A stretch of DNA of 64,000 nt, taken from Myxococcota bacterium (GTDB taxonomy: Bacteria > Myxococcota > Kuafuiibacteriia > Kuafuiibacteriales > Kuafuiibacteriaceae). The stretch lies in assembly GCA_036337945.1 (NCBI GenBank), contig JAYZDF010000063.1:26560-90559 (forward strand), read 5' to 3'. Of this stretch, positions 18,436 through 28,684 are shown piece by piece (positions within the stretch are counted from its first letter, which is position 1; each line of letters starts with the position of its first letter). The notes under the pieces were generated by a model. The model made no database searches, had not been told where the DNA came from, and saw only the letters and a program-made list of their open reading frames with translations. The translations under genes and the position numbers were made by a program.

Positions 18436-19217
18436 TGAAGATGCTTCGAATAGCAGCAAGCTCGCTTCTGAGTTTGAGTCTTGTTTCGTTTGGCTGTGAC
18501 AGCGCAAAGCAAGTCTACAACCCGCCCGTAGAGCAAACAGCGCCAACTGTGCTTGAGGTCGATGGTGACCCTTTCCTCGGGAAGAAAGCCATTGAACAGG
18601 GCACACTTGGCGAGACCACCTCGCATCACAATGCGTTTTCGCAAGTTTCACTTATGCCGAAACCACCGGTCGAAGAGGCTCCATATCGAAACCGAAGACG
18701 TATGGACTTGGATCAATTAACTGCTTCTCTCAAAACTGTCAGTGACGGCCTAGAGTGGACCGTAAACGGTCAAAACCAGTTCGACGTGTTGGCATCGACT
18801 TTGGGTAAGCCTGACTTCAATACCATCACGAGCGAAGACTTGGACCCCTCTGCGATGTTTCTGAAGTTTTTGAATGATGCATCACGCGATATTTGTTTCC
18901 AAATGGTGGAGCGTGATCTTCAGCGAACAGTTTCGACTCGTGTGCTATTCAAGCATGCGACACCTGAAATGACGATGGCGAACAATGCAAACGCTATCGA
19001 GATAAATTTGGTTTATTTGCTCAAGCGCTTCCATGGCATGTCCTCGGTTGCGTCTTGTGATGACTGCGACGAAGACACGCCAAATGCTCTTGGTCCCGAA
19101 TTACAACAATGGGTCTGGCTCTACCAGGCAGCTGAGCATGTTTCATCTAGTCCGGTGGATGCATGGCGAACGGTTTGCGTCGCTTTGATCAATCATCCGG
19201 ATTTCTACATGTATTAG
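18435..19217 (+). CDS. hypothetical lipoprotein
   Basis: Lipobox LVSFGC. TAATG stop/start overlap with the upstream gene indicates translational coupling. Confidence 0.55.
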   Translation: MKMLRIAASSLLSLSLVSFGCDSAKQVYNPPVEQTAPTVLEVDGDPFLGKKAIEQGTLGETTSHHNAFSQVSLMPKPPVEEAPYRNRRRMDLDQLTASLKTVSDGLEWTVNGQNQFDVLASTLGKPDFNTITSEDLDPSAMFLKFLNDASRDICFQMVERDLQRTVSTRVLFKHATPEMTMANNANAIEINLVYLLKRFHGMSSVASCDDCDEDTPNALGPELQQWVWLYQAAEHVSSSPVDAWRTVCVALINHPDFYMY

Positions 19218-19229
19218 GAGGCAACTGAG

Positions 19230-20603
19230 ATGACTTACACAAAAATAAATCGACGTCGTTTTCTTCAAAGCAGCCTGGCAACGGGCGCAGGATTAGGTGT
19301 TTTTGGCGGCTCCGGCGTGCTTGGCGCTTTGGCCCAACGCGCACCGGAAGTAGACAAAGACATCCATTATGTCTTTGCGTACTTTTCAGGTGGCTGGGAC
19401 ATCTTACTAGGCTTGGATCCAAGAGACCCTGCACAATTTAACTCTGGGAATATGAGCCAAACCAGAATTCAACCTGGTTATGAACTACTCAACGGTTCTG
19501 ATGGACAATTGATTCGGACAAGCTCCGGACTCGAATTTGGACCGTATATTGGCATGTTGGCCCAGCATCACGACAAGCTCGCCGTTGTGCGTGGCATGTC
19601 CATGGAGACGCTGACTCATGAAGCCGGACGTCGGCGTTTTATCACCGGAAAACCGCCGTCTGGTTTGCTGGCTCGGGGTTCGTCAATGGCGACGGTATTT
19701 GCGGCAATGCATGGTGCAGAACAGCCGATACCTAATCTTTCGGTTAGGGTAGAGTCGTACAATATTGACCAGCCAAACTATGCGACTGCTTTACGCACTC
19801 AAGGGGTTCCAGACCTCATTCGTGCGCTAAGGCCCTCTGACCCCGCGCTCTCGCGTCGTCAGAACGTACAGCTTGATCAATTGTTGTCGACCGTTGCGCA
19901 GTGCCCAACGACATTGAAGTCTAAGTCGCTGATCAAAGCTGAGGAAGCTCGAAAGCAAGCTCTGCAAATGACGACAACTCAGTTGGACCGACTGTTCGAC
20001 TTTCAGGCGAACAATAGTGAGATGGAGCAACTTCGTTCTGAGTTTGCCATACCGGGTGGTTCAGCGGGCTTGCAGTCACCGGAAGCGCAAACCGCGATGG
20101 CGGCTCAGGCCATCATGAATGGGATAAGCCGTACCGTGTCTATTCAGGCCTCTGGCGGCTTGGATACTCACTTCAACGATTGGGAAAACGATCAAGGCCC
20201 CCGACAACAGCAGGGCTTTGATGCAATTTCGCGTTTGATCACGAAACTGGAATCTAGTCAGTACAAAGACACCGGTGATTCTTGGCTAGACCACACGGTC
20301 ATTGTTGGTTTCTCTGAGTTCTCGAGAACTCCGATGCTCAACGCACGTGGTGGCCGAGATCACTCCCTTACGGGCGCGTGCTTTTTGGCAGGTGCTGGAA
20401 TCCAAGGCGGAGTAGCGGTAGGCGCATCTTCCAACCGAGGAATGGAACCCCAGGCGATCAATCTTTCGACTGGTTCCGTCGACCTCGGCGGTGAAGTGCC
20501 TAAGCCTGAGCATGTACTTCAGACTCTGATGTTCAATGCTGGACACACCGGCGACGAAGCTGACCTACGCGTATACCCGATTGAAGCAATTCGGCGGGGC
20601 TAA
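19230..20603 (+). CDS. DUF1501 family protein (sulfatase/alkaline-phosphatase-like fold) with a twin-arginine signal
   Basis: Tat motif NRRRFLQSSLATGAGLG. Its length and its position beside a DUF1549/DUF1553 protein are typical of the pairing seen in Planctomycetes and Verrucomicrobia. Confidence 0.75.
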   Translation: MTYTKINRRRFLQSSLATGAGLGVFGGSGVLGALAQRAPEVDKDIHYVFAYFSGGWDILLGLDPRDPAQFNSGNMSQTRIQPGYELLNGSDGQLIRTSSGLEFGPYIGMLAQHHDKLAVVRGMSMETLTHEAGRRRFITGKPPSGLLARGSSMATVFAAMHGAEQPIPNLSVRVESYNIDQPNYATALRTQGVPDLIRALRPSDPALSRRQNVQLDQLLSTVAQCPTTLKSKSLIKAEEARKQALQMTTTQLDRLFDFQANNSEMEQLRSEFAIPGGSAGLQSPEAQTAMAAQAIMNGISRTVSIQASGGLDTHFNDWENDQGPRQQQGFDAISRLITKLESSQYKDTGDSWLDHTVIVGFSEFSRTPMLNARGGRDHSLTGACFLAGAGIQGGVAVGASSNRGMEPQAINLSTGSVDLGGEVPKPEHVLQTLMFNAGHTGDEADLRVYPIEAIRRG

Positions 20604-20694
20604 CCCGCTTTTTCTCGGGCGCAACCGCGCTGTTCGTAATTCCTCACAACATAATTTCTGTCGAACCGACAACTTGGTATAGCTTGGTCTGCAG

Positions 20695-22125
20695 GTGGGG
20701 ATTGCTATGGATGGTGTTTTATCTGGCGAAGAATTAGCGGGTGTCGCAGCGGATTTCGCAAGTGAGCTGGACCTTGAGGAACAATTGAAGCCTTATCGAG
20801 AGCTTTATTGGTCCAAACCAGCCGAGCAGCGTCCTACTCTTTTTCTTGAAGACCTGACCGGCATACCTTTTCTATCGAAAATTGCGGGCATCGAAGCCTA
20901 TCAGCATCGCGCGCGAGTTCGTGCGGGAGACGGTGATCTGTTTGCAGCCGTCGGCCCGAAAACTGAAGGCTACGAGGAATACTGTCGAGACGTTCTTCTC
21001 CTTGGCTCGACGGAGTTAGTTCACGCGGAGCCTGTTGACGGTCTCATGGCCGTTGCGCGAGCTTGTATGAGTGGTCAGGCTTTCGAACGATTGCTCGAAC
21101 GAGCTCGAGAAGCGGGGGGATTTAGCGTACACCCCTACATGAGTATTGATGATGTTTGGCAATTGGCTCGACTCATCAAAGAGGAAACAGGTGTCCCTGT
21201 TTCCGTATGCGGCCCGCCCACGCCTGTCTTATGGATTGCCAACGATAAGAGCTTACTGTCGGAACTTGCAGTTCGTACTGCCGGTTCAGACATCATTAGC
21301 GAGTCTCGCCTTAGCACGATTCCCGAAGAAATGGCCGAAGCCTTAGTTCATCTCGCGCAGAGTCACGAACGCGTAGCACTTAAGCGCACGCGATGCGCTT
21401 CAGCTATGGGAAATAAAGTCTTCGATTCGAAGACCCTTCTCGCTTGGACGAAAGAGCAGTTGCACGAGCAAGTGGTTCGTTTTCTCACTGAAACAGAATG
21501 GGAAGAGGATGAGCCGGTGATAACTGTTGTCTGGGAAAAAGCGGTTTGTTCACCATCGACGCAATTATTTCTCCCACCGATAGGCGAGGGCGACGTCATA
21601 TTTAATGGTGTGTTCGAGCAAATTTTAGAAGGAGAAGAACAAATGTTTTTAGGAAGTCGACCGTCTACCTTACCTGCGGCCGTCGAAGCAAAACTCAAGC
21701 GTTCTTCTTTAGCTATAGCTGGAGCGCTACAGCATCTTGGATATACGGGTGTATGTTCTTTTGATTTCCTTGTTCTTGGGAATCTCTGTGGTGACTTTGA
21801 GGTACGGATAACAGAATGTAACGGTCGTTGGGGAGGAACGAGTACCCCAATGAATCTTGTGTCGCGCCTTATTCAAGGTCCCCGACCTTGTTATCGCGCA
21901 CAAGACTTTATTCATGAATCATTGGTGGGCATATCTTTTGACGAATTTCTGCAACGGGTCGGAAGTAAAGCCTTCAATGCGACAACTCAAGAAGGTAAAT
22001 TCGTATTTTACAATACGGGCTGCCTCGCAAAATCGGGGAAGTTTGACGTGATTGCTTTCGCAGATACCCCAGAAGAAACAGACGCTGCAATTTTAGAAGA
22101 GTTACCCAAGCTTTTGGGGCTCTAA
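20695..22125 (+). CDS. ATP-grasp fold protein (pre-ATP-grasp plus ATP-grasp, amidoligase-like)
   Basis: C-terminal half has CSFDFLVLGNLCGDFEVRITECNGRWGG, an ATP-grasp-type E-x-N metal-binding strand. No close match to a named enzyme. Confidence 0.4.
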   Translation: MGIAMDGVLSGEELAGVAADFASELDLEEQLKPYRELYWSKPAEQRPTLFLEDLTGIPFLSKIAGIEAYQHRARVRAGDGDLFAAVGPKTEGYEEYCRDVLLLGSTELVHAEPVDGLMAVARACMSGQAFERLLERAREAGGFSVHPYMSIDDVWQLARLIKEETGVPVSVCGPPTPVLWIANDKSLLSELAVRTAGSDIISESRLSTIPEEMAEALVHLAQSHERVALKRTRCASAMGNKVFDSKTLLAWTKEQLHEQVVRFLTETEWEEDEPVITVVWEKAVCSPSTQLFLPPIGEGDVIFNGVFEQILEGEEQMFLGSRPSTLPAAVEAKLKRSSLAIAGALQHLGYTGVCSFDFLVLGNLCGDFEVRITECNGRWGGTSTPMNLVSRLIQGPRPCYRAQDFIHESLVGISFDEFLQRVGSKAFNATTQEGKFVFYNTGCLAKSGKFDVIAFADTPEETDAAILEELPKLLGL

Positions 22126-22134
22126 TCTGAGCGC

Positions 22135-22869
22135 TTACTGCTTTAGATATTCATCAAGATAGCCACTCGTTTGAACGGCCTCAATAATAATTTTGGCAAC
22201 CCGATCTAGATCGCCCAGCAATCTATGACTCACCTCAAATTCTACGCTTGCGTATCGACCGTCTAAGAAGCGATTTCTAAAATTGGTGGTAATGCCGTCA
22301 TTGAGCCCGCTGTACGGCTCGTTTACTCGACAATCCAGTCCGCTTTCGTTGATTGCTTTGTGAATCAACTTTGTGATTGGACCGTCACCGATATGAGATG
22401 GGTCCACGAGAAGTCCGATATCCATTTCTCTGACTTGTCCGGGGTACTCATGTGTGAAGCTATGAACGCCTAGGTGGAGGCACTTGTGACCAGAGTCGAA
22501 AACACTGTGGATGTGCTTGAGCACTTCCGACCAATAGGGAGAATGGTAGGTCTCTAGGCGTTTTTTTCGGTCTTCATCTGATAGTTGAGAATTTCCAGGC
22601 ACCGAGACACCAAATGCGGTCGATGGAACGCTTTCGAGATTTTCTAGACTGCGATTTAGGTCCGCGACCAGTCGGCTGTACTGCCCTACGATTATGGGAG
22701 CTTGGACTGCGGCGGCCAATTTTCTACCAACATATTCTGCGCCAGGGTCCCAAGCGACATGAGACTCCAGGATCTCGTCGGACAGACCAAGGTTCCCCAA
22801 TTCCGGCGGAATCGCATTACTTGCATGTTCTATACTGACGACGGGCTGCCACATAGCTGACGCAAGCAT
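22135..22869 (-). CDS. N-formylglutamate amidohydrolase (FGase) family hydrolase
   Basis: VVSIEHASNAIPPELG near the N-terminus and HLGVHSFTHEYP...MDIGLLVD, as in the FGase/HutG-like zinc-hydrolase family. About 244 aa. Confidence 0.55.
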   Translation of the reverse strand: MLASAMWQPVVSIEHASNAIPPELGNLGLSDEILESHVAWDPGAEYVGRKLAAAVQAPIIVGQYSRLVADLNRSLENLESVPSTAFGVSVPGNSQLSDEDRKKRLETYHSPYWSEVLKHIHSVFDSGHKCLHLGVHSFTHEYPGQVREMDIGLLVDPSHIGDGPITKLIHKAINESGLDCRVNEPYSGLNDGITTNFRNRFLDGRYASVEFEVSHRLLGDLDRVAKIIIEAVQTSGYLDEYLKQ

Positions 22870-22973
22870 AGCAGGATTTTCACCTTAGATCGCTTGGGAC
22901 TTGTGTACAGAATTCCTGAAAGGTATGGATTTTCTAGCGGATACCTCTTTGAGGTTCCATGTAAGGATTAGAC

Positions 22974-24413
22974 GTGACGACAAAACTTTCGCAGTCCAAT
23001 CAATTTGAGCTTCAGATTTCTCCTAAACTGCTCATCGGGTTAGTCGTAAGCGCCGCATTGTGTGGCGGCCTGGCTATTTTTCAATGGATGGAGTTAATCG
23101 TAGCGCAGCGCGGAGGCTCGCTCTCCTGCAGTATAAATGAGACCTTCAACTGCGCTGCGGTGTGGGAAGCACCCTTTGCAAAAGCAATTCATGCAATGAC
23201 AAAAGTTCCTGTCGCAGGTTGGGGATTAATATGGAGTGTTGGAGCACTTTGGTCTGCTCTTCGCCTAGTGTCATCTGCTCTGAACCGACAGACGGGCGAA
23301 CATCAGGTACTTGCCGTTCGCTTGTTTGCGATCGCCGGCATCTTCAGTTCGCTCGTCCTTGGAGGCGTAAGTTTTGCAGCAGGAGCGATTTGCATTACCT
23401 GTATCGCAACGTATTGGTTGGTCCTGATTTTCTCCTCTTGTGCGTATCTCATCAAGTCACCGATCAAGCCTTCACAGTCTGCTCTTTTTGTCTCAGAGTT
23501 TCCGAAAGTGATCCTCGCGGTTGGTTGCGCGTATCTTGTCTGTTTCTATCCGGGTACGAAGACACCGCAAAAGGCGGCTTTGGCTCTGGAGCAAGTTGTA
23601 ACTACTTCAGATAAATCATCACCGACTCCAGCTCAAATGCAGGCCGAAGAATCAAAAAAGGCCAAGTTACCACCCCAAGACGAACCATCTCCCCCCCAAA
23701 GTTTAGAGGAACTCATCAGTCAATTCCCGCCTGCGAGCAAGCAGGCTCTCAGCGACGCAATCACTCGAATTCGCGCTCAGAAAAAACCGGAAGGTAAAAC
23801 TTGGCCAATTCGTTTTTATAAGGGCAATGAAAACGCCGGTGCGAAGTTTGTTGAGTTCACAGATATCAAATGTGGTCATTGCGCTCGCCTCGCTCTTGAA
23901 TTCAAAGAGCTTGAAAAAATTATTACCCCCTCCAAATTTCACGTCGAACCCAGACAATTTCCTCTAGATTACGAGTGTAACAAAGCTGTTTCTCCGGGGA
24001 TGAGTGATGGAACCGGTGTTCGCTGTATGGCTGCAAAGGCTCTCATTTGTTTAGAAACGAAGGATGAATATTGGTCTGTTCAGCTTGAAATGTTCAAGAT
24101 AGGACCATCATTGACCAAAGAGAAGATCGTTGAATTAGCTGCTCCACATTACAAAGGCAGTGATGCACTCAAGTCATGTATTGAATCCGAAGAAACCAAG
24201 AGGAAACTAGAGGACGATATCAAATATGCTATGCAATACGACCTCCACGGGACTCCACTCGTTTTGCTAAATGGCAAAGAGGTCCAGCCGATCGGCGCAT
24301 TATTATTTGCGCTAATGCTTGCAGAAGGAAACTTAGATGCTCCTGCTTTCAAGAGTTTGCCTCCGCCGAGTCCGGCCGCATTTCGCGACCCTCATGAAGG
24401 GCACGCTCATTAA
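22974..24413 (+). CDS. VKOR (vitamin K epoxide reductase family) fused to a DsbA-like thioredoxin domain
   Basis: Loop Cys pair LSCSINETFNC. Intramembrane CITC active site in a TM helix. C-terminal thioredoxin-fold CGHC motif (FTDIKCGHCARL). Confidence 0.7.
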   Translation: MTTKLSQSNQFELQISPKLLIGLVVSAALCGGLAIFQWMELIVAQRGGSLSCSINETFNCAAVWEAPFAKAIHAMTKVPVAGWGLIWSVGALWSALRLVSSALNRQTGEHQVLAVRLFAIAGIFSSLVLGGVSFAAGAICITCIATYWLVLIFSSCAYLIKSPIKPSQSALFVSEFPKVILAVGCAYLVCFYPGTKTPQKAALALEQVVTTSDKSSPTPAQMQAEESKKAKLPPQDEPSPPQSLEELISQFPPASKQALSDAITRIRAQKKPEGKTWPIRFYKGNENAGAKFVEFTDIKCGHCARLALEFKELEKIITPSKFHVEPRQFPLDYECNKAVSPGMSDGTGVRCMAAKALICLETKDEYWSVQLEMFKIGPSLTKEKIVELAAPHYKGSDALKSCIESEETKRKLEDDIKYAMQYDLHGTPLVLLNGKEVQPIGALLFALMLAEGNLDAPAFKSLPPPSPAAFRDPHEGHAH

Positions 24414-24418
24414 CGACG

Positions 24419-25417
24419 TTGAACATGTTTGAGAGTTTCGATACTGCGCCTCAAATTGTACACATTGATCGTCCGGAACTTGGGCTAACGGCATTTATCG
24501 TAATCGATCAACCGTCTTTCGAAATCTCGGCGGGAGGCGTTCGGACGAAAACATACCCCAGTAATGCCGCAGCACTCGACGACGCCAAGGCGCTCGCACG
24601 TGCAATGACGATCAAGTGCGCTTTGGGAGGTCTGCCCGTTGGCGGCGCAAAAGCCGTCGTAAAGTTACATGCTGGACTTCATCGTGAAAAGGCATTCATC
24701 TATTTGGGGGAGGTCGTAGAGTCTCTCGCCGGCAGGTTTCGGACGGCTGGGGATCTCGGCACGTTTGAGCACGACCTGCAGCTGATGGCTACCAGGACAG
24801 ACTTTGTTCACACGAATGAGCAAGCACTTGGTCGCTCAGTAGCACTTGGTTTATTGGCCTGTGTAGAAAGCGTTCGGTCTGAGATATTCGCCGACGGTCC
24901 GGCTGTTCTTCGTGTTTCCGTACAAGGAGCGGGAGCGATAGGTTCGTCCGTTGCAAAGGAACTTTCAGCTAATGGTTATAAAGTCATTGTATCGGATCTA
25001 GATGAGACAAAAGCCCTAGCAACCGGACATTCTGTCTTACCGGCTTGTGAAAGCCTGTGTGCGGAGGTGGATATTTTGTCTCCGTGCGCGATTGGTGGTG
25101 TTATCTCGGACTCGACGTGGTCCAAGCTTCGCTCAAAACTTATCTGTGGCGCAGCCAATAACATCGTATCTAGTCTGGACGTTCACTGGCATCTCCATCG
25201 AAAAGGAGCGGTTTTTATTCCGGATGTTGTGAGCTCTGCTGGCGCGGTTGTTGATGGAATTGGGGAGTCGGTCTTAGGAATGAGCGACCGAACAAGCTTG
25301 ATACTAAAGCTGGGTGAAACGGCGAAGCAAGTTTTTCAAATTTCGCAAAAGAACGACGAGCCACCACACCTCGCGGCACTGGGCCTAGCCGCGTCTCGCA
25401 TCGCTTCAAGAAACTAG
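24419..25417 (+). CDS. Glu/Leu/Phe/Val dehydrogenase family enzyme (leucine/phenylalanine dehydrogenase-like)
   Basis: ISAGGVRTKTY and ARAMTIKCALGGLPVGGAKAVVK align with LeuDH GGTRMWMY / GLNLGGGK motifs. Rossmann motif VQGAGAIGSSVA. 5 nt downstream of the VKOR gene. Confidence 0.6.
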   Translation: MNMFESFDTAPQIVHIDRPELGLTAFIVIDQPSFEISAGGVRTKTYPSNAAALDDAKALARAMTIKCALGGLPVGGAKAVVKLHAGLHREKAFIYLGEVVESLAGRFRTAGDLGTFEHDLQLMATRTDFVHTNEQALGRSVALGLLACVESVRSEIFADGPAVLRVSVQGAGAIGSSVAKELSANGYKVIVSDLDETKALATGHSVLPACESLCAEVDILSPCAIGGVISDSTWSKLRSKLICGAANNIVSSLDVHWHLHRKGAVFIPDVVSSAGAVVDGIGESVLGMSDRTSLILKLGETAKQVFQISQKNDEPPHLAALGLAASRIASRN

Positions 25418-27729
25418 GTTTTTACTTTCTTAGTCTCTTTGCTCTTTTTCTCTGCCTTCTCTGTTTGAGAGAATGAAAGCGTTAGTTGGCCTTCTGCGTC
25501 GTCAGAACCTTCGACTCCGACGTCGACATGGCCTCCCTGACTGAGTTCTCCAAACAATATTGCGTCCGCAAGTCGCTTCTTGAGCTCGTTTTGGATCACT
25601 CTAGCCATCGGTCGCGCTCCGTACTGTTTTGAGTAACCTTTTTTTGCCAGCCATTTTCTAGCGTCGATAGAAAGGTCAATTGTGACTTTCTTTTCTGCGA
25701 GTTGTACATCAAGCTCGTTGATAAACTTGTCTACGACCATCAATACAACCTCTTCTGGAAGTTGTCCGAAATTGATGATTCCGTCGAGACGGTTTCTAAA
25801 TTCCGGAGAGAAGACTCGCTCGAGTTCTTTTTTGCCGTCGTTAGCTTCAGCTTCACGACCAAACCCAATTTTTGCACTTGCAAGGTCCCGCGAACCAGCA
25901 TTCGTGGTCATGATTAATATGATATTTCTGAAGTCAGCCTTACGTCCTGTGTTGTCGGTCAGACTAGCATGGTCCATCACCTGCAACAGTACGTTGTAAA
26001 TGTCGGTATGTGCTTTTTCTATTTCATCGAGCAAGACCACGCAGTAAGGCGTTTTTCTGACGGCGTCTGTGAGAAGCCCACCTTGCTCGAATCCGACATA
26101 TCCCGGAGGAGCGCCGATTAGTCTAGAAACGGCATGTTTCTCCATGTACTCCGACATATCAAACCGAAGAAACTCAATTCCCATCACTCGAGCCAATTGT
26201 TTCGCCAACTCGGTTTTTCCAACGCCGGTCGGTCCTGCGAATAAGAATGAGCCCGTCGGTTTGTCCGCTGCACCGAGTCCGGACCTCGAGAGTTTGATCG
26301 CCGAGGCCAGAGAATCGATGGCATAGTCTTGGCCGAAAATGACCATCTTCAGGTCGCCTTCGAGTGTCTTGAGCCCTAATCGGTCATTCACCGAAACTGA
26401 TTTCGGTGGAATTTGCGCAATTTTTGAAACGACTGCCTCTATGTCCTTTGGTGTGATTCGAGACTTCCGTTTTTCGGCTGGCTGTAAGTGCGTCGCCGCA
26501 CCTGCTTCATCGATCACGTCGATCGCCTTATCTGGTAAGAATCTTTCATTAATGTGTTTTGCAGATAGTTCCGCCGCCGTTCTCAGCGCACGGTCACTGT
26601 ATTTCACTTGATGATGTTCTTCGTATCTGGAGCGTAGACCTTTTAGAATCTGAGTCGTTTCATCAATACTGGGTTCATCGACCCGAATTTTCTGGAACCG
26701 CCTAGCTAGCGCGTGGTCTTTTTCTATCGAACTTTTGTAATCTCGATGTGTGGTCGAACCCATACAGCGAAGTTCACCGGACTGGAGCGCTGGTTTGAGC
26801 AGATTCGACGCGTCCATTGCACTGTCATGGGTGGCTCCAGCACCAACCACTGTATGAATTTCATCGATGAAAATGATGGCGTATTCGACTTTCTTTATTG
26901 CTTTGAGAACGCCTTTTAGCCGCTCTTCAAATTCACCGCGGAATTTGGTTCCCGCAATCAGCGCTCCCATATCCAACGAATAAATCGTTGCGTTGGCTAA
27001 TACTTCGGGAACTTGCTTGTCGTGGATTCGCATTGCGAGGCCTTCGGCGAGGGCAGTTTTGCCTACCCCTGGCTCACCAACAAAGATCGGGTTATTTTTT
27101 CGCCGCCGACACAAGATTTGAATCGTCCGCTCTATTTCGCGGTCTCTGCCAATGAGAGGGTCGATATTCCCCGCGGCGGCAGCTTCGTTGAGGTTTACGG
27201 TAAATGCTTTGAGTGGATCACTTTCTTTTGCACCCGCAGCCGTATTCTCGTCCCCTGCAGTATCCTCGAAACCATGGTCTCCGTCGGGAGGCGACACTTT
27301 GCTGATTCCGTGCGAAAGATAACGAACAACATCAAGACGTGTAATGCTTTGCTCCTGTAATAGGTACACAGCGTACGATTCGTGCTCTCGGTAAAACGCG
27401 ACCAATAAGTTGCTCGTGTGAAGTTCGTCTCTGCCCGAAGAATGAACGTGCATGAGAGCACGTTGGAACACTCGGCTGAACATCTGTGTTTGTTCCGGTT
27501 CGACCTTCGTTCCTTCTGGAAGTGCTTCCATGCTATCGGTCAGATAAAGTTCCAGCTCTTCTCGTAATTTTTCTATATCACCGCCGCATGCGATGATGAT
27601 TTTCTTACAGGTTTCATCGTCGATAAGGGCGAATAGTACGTGCTCCAAGGTCACGTACTCATGACGTCGGTTAGCGGCCTCATTATATGCTCGGCTCAGT
27701 GATTCTTTGAGTGCTTCTGTATATTCCAT
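25414..27729 (-). CDS. clpA: ATP-dependent Clp protease ATP-binding subunit ClpA
   Basis: N-domain [35 protein letters not shown]. Two AAA+ modules, each with a Walker A ([16 protein letters not shown]). Directly follows clpS. Confidence 0.95.
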   Translation of the reverse strand: MEYTEALKESLSRAYNEAANRRHEYVTLEHVLFALIDDETCKKIIIACGGDIEKLREELELYLTDSMEALPEGTKVEPEQTQMFSRVFQRALMHVHSSGRDELHTSNLLVAFYREHESYAVYLLQEQSITRLDVVRYLSHGISKVSPPDGDHGFEDTAGDENTAAGAKESDPLKAFTVNLNEAAAAGNIDPLIGRDREIERTIQILCRRRKNNPIFVGEPGVGKTALAEGLAMRIHDKQVPEVLANATIYSLDMGALIAGTKFRGEFEERLKGVLKAIKKVEYAIIFIDEIHTVVGAGATHDSAMDASNLLKPALQSGELRCMGSTTHRDYKSSIEKDHALARRFQKIRVDEPSIDETTQILKGLRSRYEEHHQVKYSDRALRTAAELSAKHINERFLPDKAIDVIDEAGAATHLQPAEKRKSRITPKDIEAVVSKIAQIPPKSVSVNDRLGLKTLEGDLKMVIFGQDYAIDSLASAIKLSRSGLGAADKPTGSFLFAGPTGVGKTELAKQLARVMGIEFLRFDMSEYMEKHAVSRLIGAPPGYVGFEQGGLLTDAVRKTPYCVVLLDEIEKAHTDIYNVLLQVMDHASLTDNTGRKADFRNIILIMTTNAGSRDLASAKIGFGREAEANDGKKELERVFSPEFRNRLDGIINFGQLPEEVVLMVVDKFINELDVQLAEKKVTIDLSIDARKWLAKKGYSKQYGARPMARVIQNELKKRLADAILFGELSQGGHVDVGVEGSDDAEGQLTLSFSQTEKAEKKSKETKKVKT

Positions 27730-27731
27730 GC

Positions 27732-28037
27732 TTACTCAGGCTCCATGGTGCATTCCAGAGGAAAATCATATTTCCTCGCTAGTTCAACCGTTTTCGCCGT
27801 TTTGGTTTCCGCGATTTCCTTTGTGTAGGTCCCTGCCACGCCTATTCCAGCTTGATGTACGTGCATCATAATTTGAAAAGCACTGTCCTGGTCGCGATTG
27901 AAGACAGACATGAGTACGGAGACAACGAACTCCATGGTTGTGTAGTCGTCATTGTGCAGTAGAACCTTATATTTCCCTGGCTTCTTGAGCTTCTTCTTCG
28001 GTCGCGTAAGAACGTCGCTCTGTCGCTTTGTACTCAT
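27732..28037 (-). CDS. clpS: ATP-dependent Clp protease adaptor ClpS
   Basis: 101-aa protein with KVLLHNDDYTTMEFVV...VHQAG core, immediately upstream of clpA. Confidence 0.9.
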   Translation of the reverse strand: MSTKRQSDVLTRPKKKLKKPGKYKVLLHNDDYTTMEFVVSVLMSVFNRDQDSAFQIMMHVHQAGIGVAGTYTKEIAETKTAKTVELARKYDFPLECTMEPE

Positions 28038-28079
28038 CTAACTTTCTACCCCCCCGGAGAAATTCCCGAGCTGCCTCTC

Positions 28080-28101
28080 AAAAAAACAGGAATTGCTTCC
28101 T
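28080..28101 (-). terminator. weak candidate intrinsic terminator after the PaaI-like gene
   Basis: On the minus strand, AGGAAGCAATTCCT (5-bp stem, 4-nt loop) is followed by GTTTTTTT. Confidence 0.25.
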
Positions 28102-28121
28102 TATTTGACGAGAGCCAAGCG

Positions 28122-28556
28122 CTAAGCGCGGTCGCTCCTTCGAATAATATTGTACACGCCTCGCCCTATTGCGATGGGTACTTTTTTTCCTTCGGACTGA
28201 AATGCGACCATATCGGAAACCCCCACACGATTGCCTATTCTAAGAACTGTAGCCTCCACGATGATGTCTTCGCATAGACCTGGGCTCAAATAATCAATGC
28301 GAAGGTCCTGGGTGCTAAGTCTGTCTAACGGTTCAATCTTACTAATAAGTGCAGCACCGCCACAGGTATCAATCAAGGACGAAGTGACCCCACCGTGTAA
28401 AGCAGGTCGTGTGATATCGCCAACAAACTCCGGTCGGAAAGGGCACTCCAGTCGAGCAAAACCCTCGCTGATCTGCAGATTCTTGATACCGAGAAATTGG
28501 TTGAAGGGAATCTGGTCCATGAATTCGGTGACCTTGCTATAAAATTTTGCATCCAT
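28122..28556 (-). CDS. PaaI/4HBT-family hotdog-fold thioesterase
   Basis: 144-aa protein with HGGVTSSLIDTCGG, the conserved HGG motif of the family. Confidence 0.7.
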   Translation of the reverse strand: MDAKFYSKVTEFMDQIPFNQFLGIKNLQISEGFARLECPFRPEFVGDITRPALHGGVTSSLIDTCGGAALISKIEPLDRLSTQDLRIDYLSPGLCEDIIVEATVLRIGNRVGVSDMVAFQSEGKKVPIAIGRGVYNIIRRSDRA

Positions 28557-28684
28557 GTGAAATTGGGCCGACTACTCAGTCTTATACCCCGAATCGACTA
28601 CGTAGGCTTGGCTTAAAAGCCGAAAAGCAACCCCCGGCGAATCCGTGGGCTGCTCTTCGAACCATGCGTTTAGTTTGATATTGT

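Noticed and set aside
20604-20694. Possible terminator hairpin CCCG-ctttttct-CGGG after the DUF1501 gene
   Set aside because: The stem is 4 bp, the loop is T-rich, and there is no downstream T-run; too weak to call.
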